DNA of 64,000 nt, taken from assembly GCA_951406725.2 (NCBI GenBank), contig OX597821.1, positions 74,896,001 through 74,960,000 on the forward strand. The letters are read 5' to 3'. The notes beneath the pieces were generated by a model, which made no database searches, was not told the origin of the DNA, and was given only the letters and a program-made list of their open reading frames with translations. The position numbers and the translations under genes were made by a program. Below are positions 41,997 to 55,309 of this stretch, piece by piece. Source of the DNA: Octopus vulgaris. Its lineage: Eukaryota. Every line of letters starts with the position of its first letter. Position 1 is the first letter of the stretch.

Positions 41997-42747
41997 ATAA
42001 TAATAATAATGATAGTCGGAGCAGCAACATATGCACACACTCACCCACACATATGTTGTAGAAATGGAGTCAAAGTAAATAGTGATATTTTGAAGTCATT
42101 TAATACGTACGTTTCAGTTTCGTAATATATATAATAGGAATGAATCCCTTACGTGAACCTTCCACAGTTAAAACGTTTTTTCAATATATGTTTAAGAACT
42201 CGAATAATTAAAAACATGTATACATTCAAATATACATGAATCTATGTGTGTTTGTGTGTGCATGTATATATAATCTCACTACTTACTAAGAATTAAGTCC
42301 AACTCTAGGCAAATAAGAACTAAAGACGTCCCTGCATGAGTTTCCTCCTTATATCTTAGTCAATACCACGAACACCATTTGAAGCCTCTTTAAGTCGCAT
42401 GTGCTCTCTCATAGTCATGTTTCAAAATAGAAATGGATTTCAGGTATTTTTATATGAAAAGTTTGATAATTGTGATGTCAACCATGAAACCTATGGTAGC
42501 ATGGTAATTCCACAGGCACACACAGACACACAGACCCACACACAAACGCACAAACACACACAAACACACGCACAGCCACACACAGACACCCGAACCCCCC
42601 CACACACACGCGCGCACCCCCACCCCCAAAACACACAAACGCATACGTATGTAATAAACTATCGAATTACATGATGTATCCTACCAGAAATGGTTGTGTC
42701 ATAGCATGACTAACATGTTGACAGAAATGAAAACAAAGAATAACAGG

Positions 42748-43086
42748 AAAGAGTATTCTTTGGTTGTTATTCCTTGAATATCTTATGTAATAAGTTGCGA
42801 TGTATGCAACTTATTGCATGTCTGAGGTCGTTAAGTAAGACAGAGGAAGAGCTAAGGAAAGAGTGAGATGAGGATGTGATGCGAGGAGCAGTTCAGACAT
42901 ATGGTCAGCGAGAGTGTGAGAGAGGGGAGGCGAGAATGGAGAGTCAACTTATGATATAAGTGGGGGAGGGTGGTTGTGGAGATTCTAATATTATAACGAG
43001 AAGGAAAGAAATAACTTGTAATGGTTCCTTTGAGCTGAAATGTCAAAACAACTAAATGGAAAGCGAGAAGAGGAAACTGAAATGTG

Positions 43087-43095
<9 letters not shown>
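42748..43095. repeat. segment duplicated in inverted orientation at 45020-45335
   Basis: Near-identical reverse-complement match with indels. Confidence 0.85.
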
Positions 43096-43159
<64 letters not shown>

Positions 43160-43523
43160 GGGAGAGTTAGAAAGTGGGAGATGGAAATAAAGAATGGTTA
43201 AGAACCATAATGTGCTTCTGTGAAGCCATCTTTAACTAAATTGCAGTATTATACGCTGTGAAAGTATGTACAAGATGTACACATTGAATCTGACTTTATA
43301 TACACTGGAAAACATGTAGAAACAATAAATTGAGGTACAACATTATATACCATAGTCAACTTATGATTTGCTAAATTTGTTTATTCTTCTGCTGCTAGTC
43401 TATGTTCTTGCAGCGCGCTACCATACTGGAGCATCATCACCGAGGATTTTACTCAATGATTATGAGCTACGATGCGATGATCCGATTTATAGCATTCTTG
43501 TAGAATATTAAATGTGATGTGTT

Positions 43524-43747
43524 GAAGGCGGCAAGCTGGCAGAAACTTTAGCACGCCGGGCGAAATGCGTAGCCGTATTTCGTCTGCTGTTACGTTCAGA
43601 GTTCAAATTCCGCCGAGGTCGACTTTGCCTTTCATCATTTCGGGGTCGATGAATTAAGTACCAGTTACGCACTGGGGTCGACTTAATCCGTTTTTCTGTC
43701 CTTGTTTGTCCCCTCTGTGTTTAGCCCCTTGTGGGTAGTAAAGAAAT
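43524..43747 (+). mobile_element. SINE family A monomer with 19-bp TSD
   Basis: TSD atattaaatgtgatgtgtt at 43505-43523 and 43748-43766. Confidence 0.92.
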
Positions 43748-44624
43748 ATATTAAATGTGATGTGTTCATCGACGGAAGGGACCAGGACACAATCGGATGT
43801 GAATATTACTGTGTAATTTTACGCAGGTTTCCCACCGCACGTTGACAGACACTCACACATGTATGGTGCATGCGAGTGTAAGCATGTGTTTGTGAAAATA
43901 TATAGTCCTTATCAATGTATGTATGCGTGTCATCTACACAGTTTCTGTCCTTCCATTTTCACTTACAATGTATTGGTCAATGTAATTATTTTAAAGGTTT
44001 TTGCTATAATATTAAGCCTGATAACAACGGCTTTTTTGCAATGATTCCCGGAAGAAAGGATCCTAAACTTGAAATATTGAAATCCCAGGTAAAACCCATC
44101 CACCATTACTACTTTTATAACCTGCATTGTTTTGATCAAATAATATAAACAATTTATATACCAGATAGACTTACATATATTTGCCTACAACAAGAAATTT
44201 TCCCCACGACAAAATACGGGTTCGAATTTACCTCAAGTATATCTAAACTGGTAACAAGCTTGCATTTATGCGTATCACTGCTCAGAGCTCTTACCATGTG
44301 TTTTAACTACGCCTCGCCGCTCAAAAGTGCCACCAGTCTTTGAACGATGACGAGAATTTCATAAGAGAAACGGTATCTGCGGCTGAAGAGGAGATAATTA
44401 CTTCGAAATGCATGAGTTCCAACAGTCTGGTTAGGTGTCGCTGTGAGCTGACTCGCTGTTTTGACACCAATTTGTCTATAGCGAGACATTTTCTCAATGA
44501 CAAAATACAGTGAATAGCGTTCATACGAGTTCAAATATGCCTCACGTATATTAGAACTGGCAGAAAGTTTGTATATTACTTTAGACGGTAGTTATGGGAG
44601 CCATTGCAGATTTCCGATGCAACG

Positions 44625-45525
44625 GATATATAATTGTTAAAGAGGACAACATACGTTAAGGCAAGGCAAACATCTCAAGTGATACACATTATTATCGTTA
44701 GAAAAAAACAAATTCAAAGTCTTACAGCTGTTTCTGGGATATAACAGAGTATGGGACATTCCCGCATCTGAGTCAAATAGGAAAAATGAGAAGGGGATAG
44801 ATCAATGAGATGACGACATAGAGGACAGAAGTAAAGGAATAAGGAGATGAAGAAAGAGAAGAAAAAATAAACATAAAAGTTCACAGTTCAACTGTCCGAT
44901 CATGTAGAAATAAGTCCATTAGTCCTCATGTACAATCCTATGTAAATCCATGTGGAAAGAGTATTCTTTGGTTGTTATTCCTTGAATATCTTATGTAATA
45001 AGTTGCGATGTATGCACACACACACACAAACACACACATTTCAGTTTCCTCTTCTCGCTTTCCATTTAGTTGTTTTGACATTTCAGCTCAAAGGAATCAT
45101 TACAAGTTATTTCTTTCCTTCTCGTTATAATATTAGAATCTCCACCCCACCCCCACCATATCCTAAGTTGCCTCTCCATTCTCGCTCCCCCTCTCTCACA
45201 CTCTTGCTGACCATATGTCTGAACTGCTCCTCTCAGCACATCCTCATCTCACAACGACCTCAGACATGCAATAAGTTGCATACATCGCAACTTATTACAT
45301 AAGATATTCAAGGAATAACAACCAAAGAATACACTTTTTCTAAAATTTCCTTTCTGTCAATCCAAGTCATGGTATTATAAACATTCCGATGACCTGATAT
45401 CCGTACTATAGGATATCCCACAAATAGCTGTAAGACTGGATATTTTTCAATAATAATTGATAACGTATATGACTTGGGATGTTTGCCTTGCCTTGAAGTT
45501 TGCTGTCCTCTTCAACAAATATATC
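44625..45525. mobile_element. diverged inverted pair of PLE-pLTR-like arms with hammerhead-like motif
   Basis: 44625-44745 mirrors ~45405-45525; minus strand CAGATGC-GGGA...TCCCA-GAAACAGCTGTA at 44719-44774. Confidence 0.6.
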
Positions 45526-46279
45526 TATCTATATATATAAGGATAAGTATATTAAAAGGGGTCTGTGGGAAATCTCATTTAAATAAAAGAGTTGGGAACC
45601 ACTGTGAAAATGTTGTGAAGCATTTACGTAGAACGAAGTCAGTTTAAAAGACCCCACTATATGACTGGTATTTATCGAACCAACGACCAGGGATATTTCC
45701 GTGTCATATGACCTGCTTCACTGCTAGGATTTCTTGCCAAATTTCACTGAAATAAACGAAGAAAAACATGATTTAGATAAGCTATTCATATGAATTCATG
45801 CCGTAAAAGAAAAAGAGAGTTTGATCAGAACACTGTTGGATCAATTTGACCTGGAACTAAGCAAAAACAACAACAACGAAAGCCAGTGGTTATGCCAACG
45901 ACTCTGGCGGGATAACGTGTGAAGTTGCTTCTACTTAGATATTTATATCTTGTACACGGAGTCACTTTTATCATCTCGTCAGCATGGTATAGCATATTTG
46001 TGTCTCTGAGTGTGTCAGTGAGTATTTATGTGTACGAGTGTGTGTGTGTGTATTAAATTGAAAACAACAACAACAACAACAACAACATAAAGAAACGGAC
46101 GTCGGCTGTCACGTGACCTATTCATAATCTGCCGGAAGTAATATACGTTTGTCTTTTGTTTGTTCTATAATTCATGTTTCCAAACGATCGTCTCGACCAC
46201 AGCTCACCGCCGAACAGCAGACAACTGTTGACTGTATGTGTGTGTGTACGTGCATGCGTGCGCGTGTAAATGTACATCG

Positions 46280-46350
<71 letters not shown>

Positions 46351-46852
46351 ATGTGTGTTCCTCATGAATAAAGACAGCAAATAATCATAAAGTGAAACAG
46401 AAATTGAATATATTCTACTAGAGAATTTTATGGTCGTGTAGATGCACACAATACGCAGGACACAGACACACCCAAACACAATGTACACACACACGCACAC
46501 TCATGCATGCATACATACACGCCCGCTCGCACACGCAGACACTCTATCTCTCTCCCTCCCCTTCTCTCTCTCTATGTGTGTGTGTCTGGCAAATATATTT
46601 GGGAAGGAAACAAGAAACTGCTAGGTAATTCTTCACGAAAACTGTCTATCTATCTATATGTCTGTCTGTCTGTCTATCTATATCTCCAACATCGGTTGTC
46701 AAGCGATGGTAGGGGAACAAACACAGACACATAAATACATACATGTTTGTGTGTGTGTATATATATACATATATATATATATATAATAAAACTTTATATA
46801 TAAAGGACGTGAAATACACGAATTGACGAACACGGAAAACAGACAGTCATTC

Positions 46853-46900
<48 letters not shown>

Positions 46901-46906
<6 letters not shown>

Positions 46907-46993
46907 TATATAGAAGGAGCTTCTACAGGACTAGTACTGTTTCATTCAATGAAACAGTACTAGTCCTGTAGAAGCTCCTTCTATATAATAAAT
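46901..46993. repeat. perfect 93-bp palindrome (1-nt loop) within (TA)n
   Basis: 46-bp arms around C46947. Confidence 0.95.
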
Positions 46994-47063
46994 TAATTTT
47001 ACTCTGCTATGTATTGAGTACCTTACTTACTGTGGTTAACCCCGAATCAACCCGGGACCTACA

Positions 47064-47175
<112 letters not shown>

Positions 47176-47309
47176 GAGAGAGAGAGATACGACGGGCTTC
47201 TTTCAGTTTCCATCTACTAAAGACCATCACAAGGCTTTGATCGGCCCCAGGCTATAGTGGAAGACACTTACCCAAGATGAACCCGGAACCATGTGGTTGG
47301 TAAGCAAGC

Positions 47310-48189
47310 AACTTTATTTCAAACAATTTGCCAGAGGGGCATCATATGGAGTAACTGTGAGCATCACGATTACATTAATGGAATGAAATGAATATAAAAA
47401 TATGAATGAGGGGAAACGAGCGGCGCCCGCCGACCGCCTGTCTGCCCTAAAACAATGTTCTTTTTAGAATAAACAGAATGAGGTTTCAAAACTCTTATCA
47501 TTTTACAATGACAAGGCTTTCCTACCTCTTACCCGTAGTCCTCTTCTTCAACATCTTCTTCAAATTCAGTATCTCTTCTGACCCCTTACCCTGCCATTTC
47601 CAACGCCTCACACAAGCATAAATCGTGTGTCGTGCCGGTGCCGCCCGGCCATAAACATACTCCTTTCTGAGTTCCTTCAGCCTTTTCACCACGGGCAACT
47701 TTATGACCTCCACAACAGGCTAGAACTACTCCTTCTTGGTGATTCTCAACCACCTTCTCCACCTCACCGTCCTCTTAGAAGAAGGGGCGGAGTAGTCACT
47801 TTCACCGTCGGTGGCACAATTCCCACCGACGAAGTTCCGGGACATACCGGTATTGTGTTACCGACTGCCGGCAATGTCCCGTTTTTCTTTTTCCTCATCT
47901 TCTTTTTTTCTTACTGAAGAAGGGTGGGTTTCCTCCTTTACCGGGAGAGCCACTTCCCCTCCCTCAACCCTGGAATCCCTCAGTGAGCAACCATTGGTTC
48001 TCACCTTCTTCCTCTTACCACCCGTCTTTGAGGAGGCCTCCGACTCCTCGACCGCCTCCATTCCCTCTTCTAGAGAGATACCAAGCAACTGCTCCAGGAC
48101 CCTGCTTTGGTCCTGGCGGCAGTTCTTTCTTATATGGCCAGGTTCCAGGCACAGGTGACACTTGGGTGGGGGTGGGGCGACCCTCAAGC
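47310..48189 (-). mobile_element. 5'-truncated non-LTR retroelement fragment encoding a gag-like CCHC zinc knuckle, with 12-bp TSD
   Basis: CHLCLEPGHIRKNC; charged low-complexity C-terminal frames; UTR ending AATAAAGTT; TSD tggtaagcaagc at 47298-47309 and 48190-48201. Confidence 0.8.
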
Positions 48190-48792
48190 TGGTAAGCAAG
48201 CTACTTACCACAAAAGCACTCCTGCCCCTATATATATATTTAAAAATTTGCAGTAAAGTCACTTCGAACGGACAGCCATGTTGAAATTGTTACGAACATT
48301 ACTTGTTAGTACAACTACTCCGTTGATCTCTTGGAGACATTTCAGAACTAGCGTTATTGGTTATATGTGTGTGTGTGTGTGAAGAAAATGCAATACACAC
48401 AATGAATTAGGTTTACAGTCAGGATATGGAACATGCATGTGCGTGTGTGTTTGTGTGTGTGTGTATGTGAGTGTATGTGTGTGTATGTGTGCGTTATGGT
48501 ATTGCGTTTACTCGTTAGTAATAGTTTGTTGTTTGTGTTTTGTTTTCTCTGGTAACGGCAATAAGAAACTTGTGGTTAATATTTTTCAGAAAAATGAGTG
48601 GTGCACTGTGAGAACAAGAATTTTGGGTTGTGGTGGGAATGGGGATGGGGGAAATGTTCCGGGAATATTTTTTCTCCTTGACAACTATTTTCATCCCAAC
48701 GAAGTAGAAGAATTGTGGGTAAACAACCTGTGTGTCTTATACATCGATGATGTCAAAAGGAATACACACATATCTCCTCACATATATATATA

Positions 48793-48857
<65 letters not shown>

Positions 48858-49579
48858 ATATATACACGCATGTATACCTATACTTATACACAAATACACA
48901 CGTGCACACACACATATACATATCATGAAGATATATACACATACACATTACTCGTATGTACGAATATTCATACATATACACACACACATAAATGCGTGTA
49001 TGTACGTATGTGTGTGTGTGTTAGTGTCTATGTACGCATATACGTATAAAGTATCAAAGAAAATAAGAGGAACTGCGCACTCTATACAAAAAAATAGGTT
49101 TAGAGTGAAAAATAAAATAGATTTCCGAACTTAATTTGTTTTAATAGGTTGCTGTTGCACGTTCCTTATTGTTGCTATCTATCTACCCGTGTCACACTAT
49201 TTATAAACATTTGGTCGCTTGGCTAAGCAGGGAACTGTAGGCACACACCTTCGCTAATTTATTGGTAGACAGAAACATGAAAGAAAATGCGACACAAAGC
49301 ACGGAGAAGGACAAATAAAAGGTTTGAAAGTTGCGATGTGTTAGATTGCTTAGAAAGACCGAGAAAAAAATGACGGATGAAGAGAATGGAAGAAAGAGTT
49401 TGCGTGAAAGGCAAGTTGTGACTAGGTTGTCGTTTTATTTCTATATTTCTCACCAATGGGGAAAGAATTGGTTTCCAACCCCAATATAAGGTTGTTTCGT
49501 TGGAATTTAGACACATAGATTGTAGTCATGTTTATACGAATGTACACATGCAAGTATGTAAGTATATACGTCTGTATGC

Positions 49580-49612
<33 letters not shown>

Positions 49613-49896
49613 TGTATGTATGTATGTATGCATGGATGCATGTATGTATGTATGTATATATACGTATCGATGTATTGATACATATGTACACGTTTGAACG
49701 AGATGCTTCTCATTCTATTTGTAAATCGTTATGTTTTATGTTTGTGTACGCAACTGTAACACCCTCATAAGTATACGTATATCTATGTATATGTATTTCT
49801 GGCAATGTAAGCATAAATACATATACAGCTATATACATACACAAATGTATCACACACACACATATCATATATTGATGCTTACATAATATATATATC

Positions 49897-49952
<56 letters not shown>

Positions 49953-50279
49953 CATATATATGTTTATATATATATGTATACACAAAGAGAGGGAAAGAGA
50001 AGTAGAGTGATTTCCAGGAATAAAGCATGTGTGATTAATAAGAGGGATGTAGGTACATAAAGATGCCGCGATAAATAAATTTCTCGTTAGATAGATTAAC
50101 AGATAAAAAAAAATACAGATATAATAATAAATCGGAGTATATGCAGCTAAAAAGTTCAATGTGAGTGCCTAGAGACTTCATTGCCCTCTACGTTGAGACT
50201 TTTCGACGTATTCCACAGATATCCGCTCCGCCATATTTGTAGCATTTCTCTATCAAGGGCTAACATAAAATTATTTTAT

Positions 50280-50528
50280 ACATACATACATACATACATA
50301 CATACATACATACATACATACATACATAGATGCATGCAACATGCATGCATGCACACACACATACATACATACATACATACATACAAACATACATACATAC
50401 ATACATATATATATATAATTCGTGGGTTTTCTGTGTAACAAACATGTGTCTCTCTTTTTTCCTTCCCTCTCTGCATTTTATCGCAACAGACACGTACAGA
50501 TTTATAAAACATATATATATATACATGC

Positions 50529-50577
<49 letters not shown>

Positions 50578-50599
50578 CATGCATATATATATATACACA

Positions 50600-50641
<42 letters not shown>

Positions 50642-50737
50642 TGTATATATATATACATGCATATATATATATATACATATATATACACATGCATTTATAT
50701 ATATATACATGCATATATATATATATATATACATGCA

Positions 50738-50809
<72 letters not shown>

Positions 50810-50810
50810 C
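50280..50810. repeat. (CATA)n and (TA)n/TACATGCA higher-order microsatellite
   Basis: Visible tandem arrays. Confidence 0.95.
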
Positions 50811-51379
50811 GAAATACGCACATATGCTAGAGATGGGAGATATTACGAGAGTAGCAAGGTATATGACGAAAAAGATGACGGTTGAATGGGCTGAGGAATA
50901 AAATATATATAAACCACTTGATTGCCTGTGATCTTTAATGGCTGTGCATCAGTCGCAAGTGGAACGGTTTGAAAGGGGTGAGATGAAAACCTGTCACACA
51001 AAGATTAAAGGTAATATTCAACGTCAGGTGTAAATAATAAAATATAAATGTTGAGGTTAAACAGTTCTAAGTATAAATATTAGTCGTTCGATTATCGATT
51101 AGCTTGAGTTAGGTTAGCTCTATTATCTTGTCCTTCCAATCAAATAATTACCGTTGCTTCTATACTCGACGGCTAACTAACCATGTAAGGTCAACGAATA
51201 TCGCCTTCTGTCGCAGATCTCTATCTGCTTGATTCGCAAAACTTGTTTATTACAGACACAACCAGACTAGGAGACTAACAACCGGTAATTATCAATAGAG
51301 CCGAGGGTTAACTAGTGGAATACTTCAAATATGTTCAACTAACCCCACCTCACACACAAACGCACGCACATACACATAC

Positions 51380-51426
<47 letters not shown>

Positions 51427-51462
51427 ACTCACATATATATATACATACACACGGACATACAC

Positions 51463-51655
51463 TGAGGCTCTGTGGTAACAAGCTTGCTTTCCGACTACAT
51501 GCTTCCGGGTTCACTCCCACTGCGTAGTACCTTGGGCACGTGTCTTCTACTGTAACTTCAGGCCGACCAAAGATTTCTCTGCGAATTTGGTAGAGAGAAA
51601 CTGGAGGAAGCCCGTCGCATGTGTATGTGAGTGTGTGTACGTGAGTGTGTGCGTG

Positions 51656-51692
<37 letters not shown>

Positions 51693-51940
51693 GTGTACGT
51701 TTGTGTGTGTATGTGTGTGTATCTATGCGTGTGTATCTATTTATGTCTCCCAAGAACGCTAGACAACCGGTGTTCATGCATTTCCGTCCCGGTAACATGA
51801 GCGATTCGGCAAAAGGGGCCGATAGAATAAGCACCACAAAAGTATTGGGTTCAGTTAATTTGACTAAAATTCTTCATATCGTTGACTCCAGCTTGGTCGC
51901 ATTCCAATGACTGAAACAAGCAAAAGATAAAGAAATAAGA
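51463..51940 (+). mobile_element. SINE family B, diverged
   Basis: Similarity to 5591-5995. Confidence 0.8.
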
Positions 51941-52469
51941 GAGATACACAAACACTAAAATTCGTGTACCGAGAGGTGGAAAGAAGAGAAAATAAAGTCA
52001 TGGCGTCTGCTAATTTTTATATTTTGTACGACCAAAAGTTGTGGAGTAAATAGAAAAACGAGGTGATGAGGCAGATTGTAGTTTCAATTTTGGCTCTAGT
52101 AAACAATGACAAACATTTTCAAGTGTGCATTGCCCCATTCTTTGGAAAAATAGAAACATTCCAGTATAATACATGTTTTATATAATTAGAATATTTAATA
52201 GCTGATTAACTAAAAAGCTGGACATCTTAATTATTAAAGATTGATAGTCATTTATTGCACGAGGAATCATAAATACATTCCACTCAAATTGTTCTTCTTG
52301 TCTGCTATTTGGTACTGTCGGTCCTTTTACAGAAACAACTTCCTCTGTTGCCATTATCTACGAAATTTGTGATAGCTTGTACTTCGGTTTTGTCGTGTTT
52401 AGTAGATGTAAATGTACCAAACATTAATTAATATTCCGGCGTAATTTTCATTGGATAGATTAACATATA

Positions 52470-52842
52470 GGTGCAGGGGTGGCTGTGTGGTAAGAAGTTT
52501 GCTTTCCAGCCACAGAGTTCCGGGTTTCATCCCACTGCATGACATCTTAGCCTAGTGTCTTCTGCCCAAGATACGGGTCGATCAAAGCCTTGTGAGTGGA
52601 TTTGATAAATAGAAACTGAAAGAAGCCCGACGTGTGTGTATGCGTGTATCTGTGTGTTTGTACGCTACTTCGCAATCAGTATTGGTGTGTGTACGTCCCG
52701 GTAACTCAGCGGTTCGATAACAAAGACCGATAGAGTAAGTATCAGGCTTAAAAAATATCAGTACTGGGTTAAATTCATTTGGCAAAAATTCTTCAAGACT
52801 GTGCTCCAGCATGGCCGCAGATAAACAAATAAAAGATAAAAG
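52470..52842 (+). mobile_element. SINE family B, diverged
   Basis: Similarity to 5591-5995. Confidence 0.8.
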
Positions 52843-53453
52843 ATATACTTGTATATTTTCCATTCTTTTCCAGTGGATGTAAATGTATCACCTTGCGTGT
52901 GTTGATACACACTCCCACATTTATTCCCTCACAAAGAAATACACCTATCGCTTTGTAATTCTATCTTAGACAAAACATAATTAAAACCACTTATGATTTA
53001 TACAATTAGAAACAGCAATAATTGAGTTTATCAGAATTTTTGACTGGCTGAACATCTACGTTAAGTGAATCTCGACATTTACACACATCCCCATAAACAA
53101 AGCTTCAAGTCCTTCGTTCTTCAGCAGAACAGAATTGAAAATTCATATCATAAAACGCCATTTTCCCAAGATATAACAGGTACGATATAAGACAATTCCG
53201 ACATAAATACACATGTCTTTAATTAGTTGAAGAAATATGTCAAACGGAAATATAAGAAAACATTAAAACAAAACAAATATAGAAAATATACTTCCATTAC
53301 TGAATACACACGAAAGTAATCTGGATTCGACCCCTCTGATCACGGAAGAAAGCAAAATTCAAAACAACAAAGCCACTTATTAATTTCTTTAAAATGTAAC
53401 ATGAAACAGATTCCATTCTAATAAGGGAAACAAACATTATTTTTGTGGTGGTA

Positions 53454-53870
53454 TGTTGTCACCTTAATGTGACAGTCCCATGAAAGGGAAGAATACTACT
53501 TCTATTTACCCCTAGGAAGCACCGCTTCCTGTCGGCCTTGAAACATTTCCTGCGTCCTTATGTTTACAAAGGGGGAGATAAGCACCTCCACCCAGCAAAG
53601 TCAGCAACCAGCTAGTTTCTGAATCATTGCTCGTCATCAGTCTGGAGTAGCATGGCTTGTTAGCTGTCGATGCCTGTCTGCCTCTGTAAACATATAATAA
53701 TCCAAGTGAAATACATTCACTGGCTTTGCTGGGTCGAGGTGCTTATCTCTCTCATTGTAAACATAAGGACACAGTAAATGTGTCAAGGCTGACAAGAAGC
53801 GGTGCTTCCTAGGACTAAATAACAGTAGCATTCTTCCCTTTTATGGGAATGTCACATTAAGTTGACAACA
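53454..53870. mobile_element. MITE with ~150-bp TIRs and TA TSD
   Basis: TA|TGTTGTCA...TGACAACA|TA; long imperfect TIRs. Confidence 0.85.
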
Positions 53871-54780
53871 TAGCATTTTATCGTGCTGCTACACTATAAG
53901 TCTCTCTGAGAGATTTAGAAATGTTTTATTCCTATTTTCGAAACATGATTTTGTTCAACAGATTAATTCAGTATTTAGTCAGTTCGATAACGAAAAAAGA
54001 AGAAGCAAAATACAAATCCACAACCAGCTATAGTTCAACTGAAAGAGCTTTATAAGAGAAATCTTACGGTGAAAAACCTTGTCGAAATTATTAGCTGCAA
54101 AAAATGTGGTGTGACGTCAAGTGACGAAAAAAGAAGGGTGATCATTTTAACAAATCAAAATATTTCTGTCATTTTATGATATTTAACATTATAAAAGACG
54201 GTAGCTGGTGTTCTTGGACTACAGGGCTTAATGGTAGAGAGTTCGTACCTGAAGTTTGATAGGTGCGGAGTTCGATATTCTATAACGACTTTCTGGCTTC
54301 TTCCCTACGGTTTTTCTAAGGGTATTTAGCAAATCTTCACAGCTATTCTGCGTTCAGGTTTTATTTTAGGTGAAAGAGCTTTATGAGTAGAATCTAATGG
54401 TGAAAACCTTGTCAAAAAATATTAGACACAAAAATGTTTTATTGGTTTTAAGTGACGGAAAAAGAAGGTGATAATTCTTATGAAGCAAAATACTTTTGTC
54501 TTTTTAAGAAAAATAATATCATTTGAACTCAAAAGAAACAATTCATTGAGACGAATAATTTGGAGAAAACCTCATCAAAAAACATTAAGCTTAAAAGAAT
54601 TTATGATATTTTCGCGATTTAATATTAATTTGTATCATTGTATATATTATTTTATATAATAATAATACATATTTTAATAATATTTTAATAATACATATTA
54701 AAAACATAACAAAATGAAAAATTCACTCATTAAAAATGTAATTCTTAATTATTTAATAACATTATTTTATAGTTTAAAAA

Positions 54781-55122
54781 ATAACTATAAAGCATTTTTA
54801 GAGTTATAGCCAAAAAATGGCAAAAAAATGGAAAAAAATGATGGTAAATTTTTTTTTTAGTTAAAAAAGGTGGAGTTGCGTCCCCTAGCCAGTTTGCGGT
54901 TTGTGTTTCTAATTCTCGACCCCATGTCGAATTTATCGATTTTTTTCAGAACTGGGGGAACTTTTCAAAATTTTCGCTGCGTTAGTTTTGAATTATGACA
55001 TTGGGCTATGTGTGTGTCAAGTTTCATCAGAATCGGTTGCAAGCCGTGGTCAGGGTGAGGGTACAAGCAAACAGACACACAGAAACACGCACAGACAAAC
55101 TGCCGTTTATATAGAGAGAGAT
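54781..55122 (-). mobile_element. 5' part of a non-autonomous Helitron-like element
   Basis: Minus strand starts tctctctctatataaacggcagtttgtctgt...accgattctgatgaaacttg, resembling the 5' ends at 33724 and 38659; no CTAG end seen. Confidence 0.55.
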
Positions 55123-55309
55123 ATAACATTATTTTATAGTTTAAAAATATATTTATACCAGATATGCTGCCATTAATCTTGCGTTAAGTTTTAGGCAAAG
55201 AAAATTTCTAAGTTTGAACAAAGTCAGTAGTTAAAAAATTATTTACATCATTATCATTATTTCAATTATAAAAGTAAATATGATTAATTATAATAATAGA
55301 AGAGTTGCT

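Noticed and set aside
54040-54510. ~135-bp diverged direct repeat around a weak A/B-box-like segment
   Set aside because: Too degraded to assign to LTRs or a SINE
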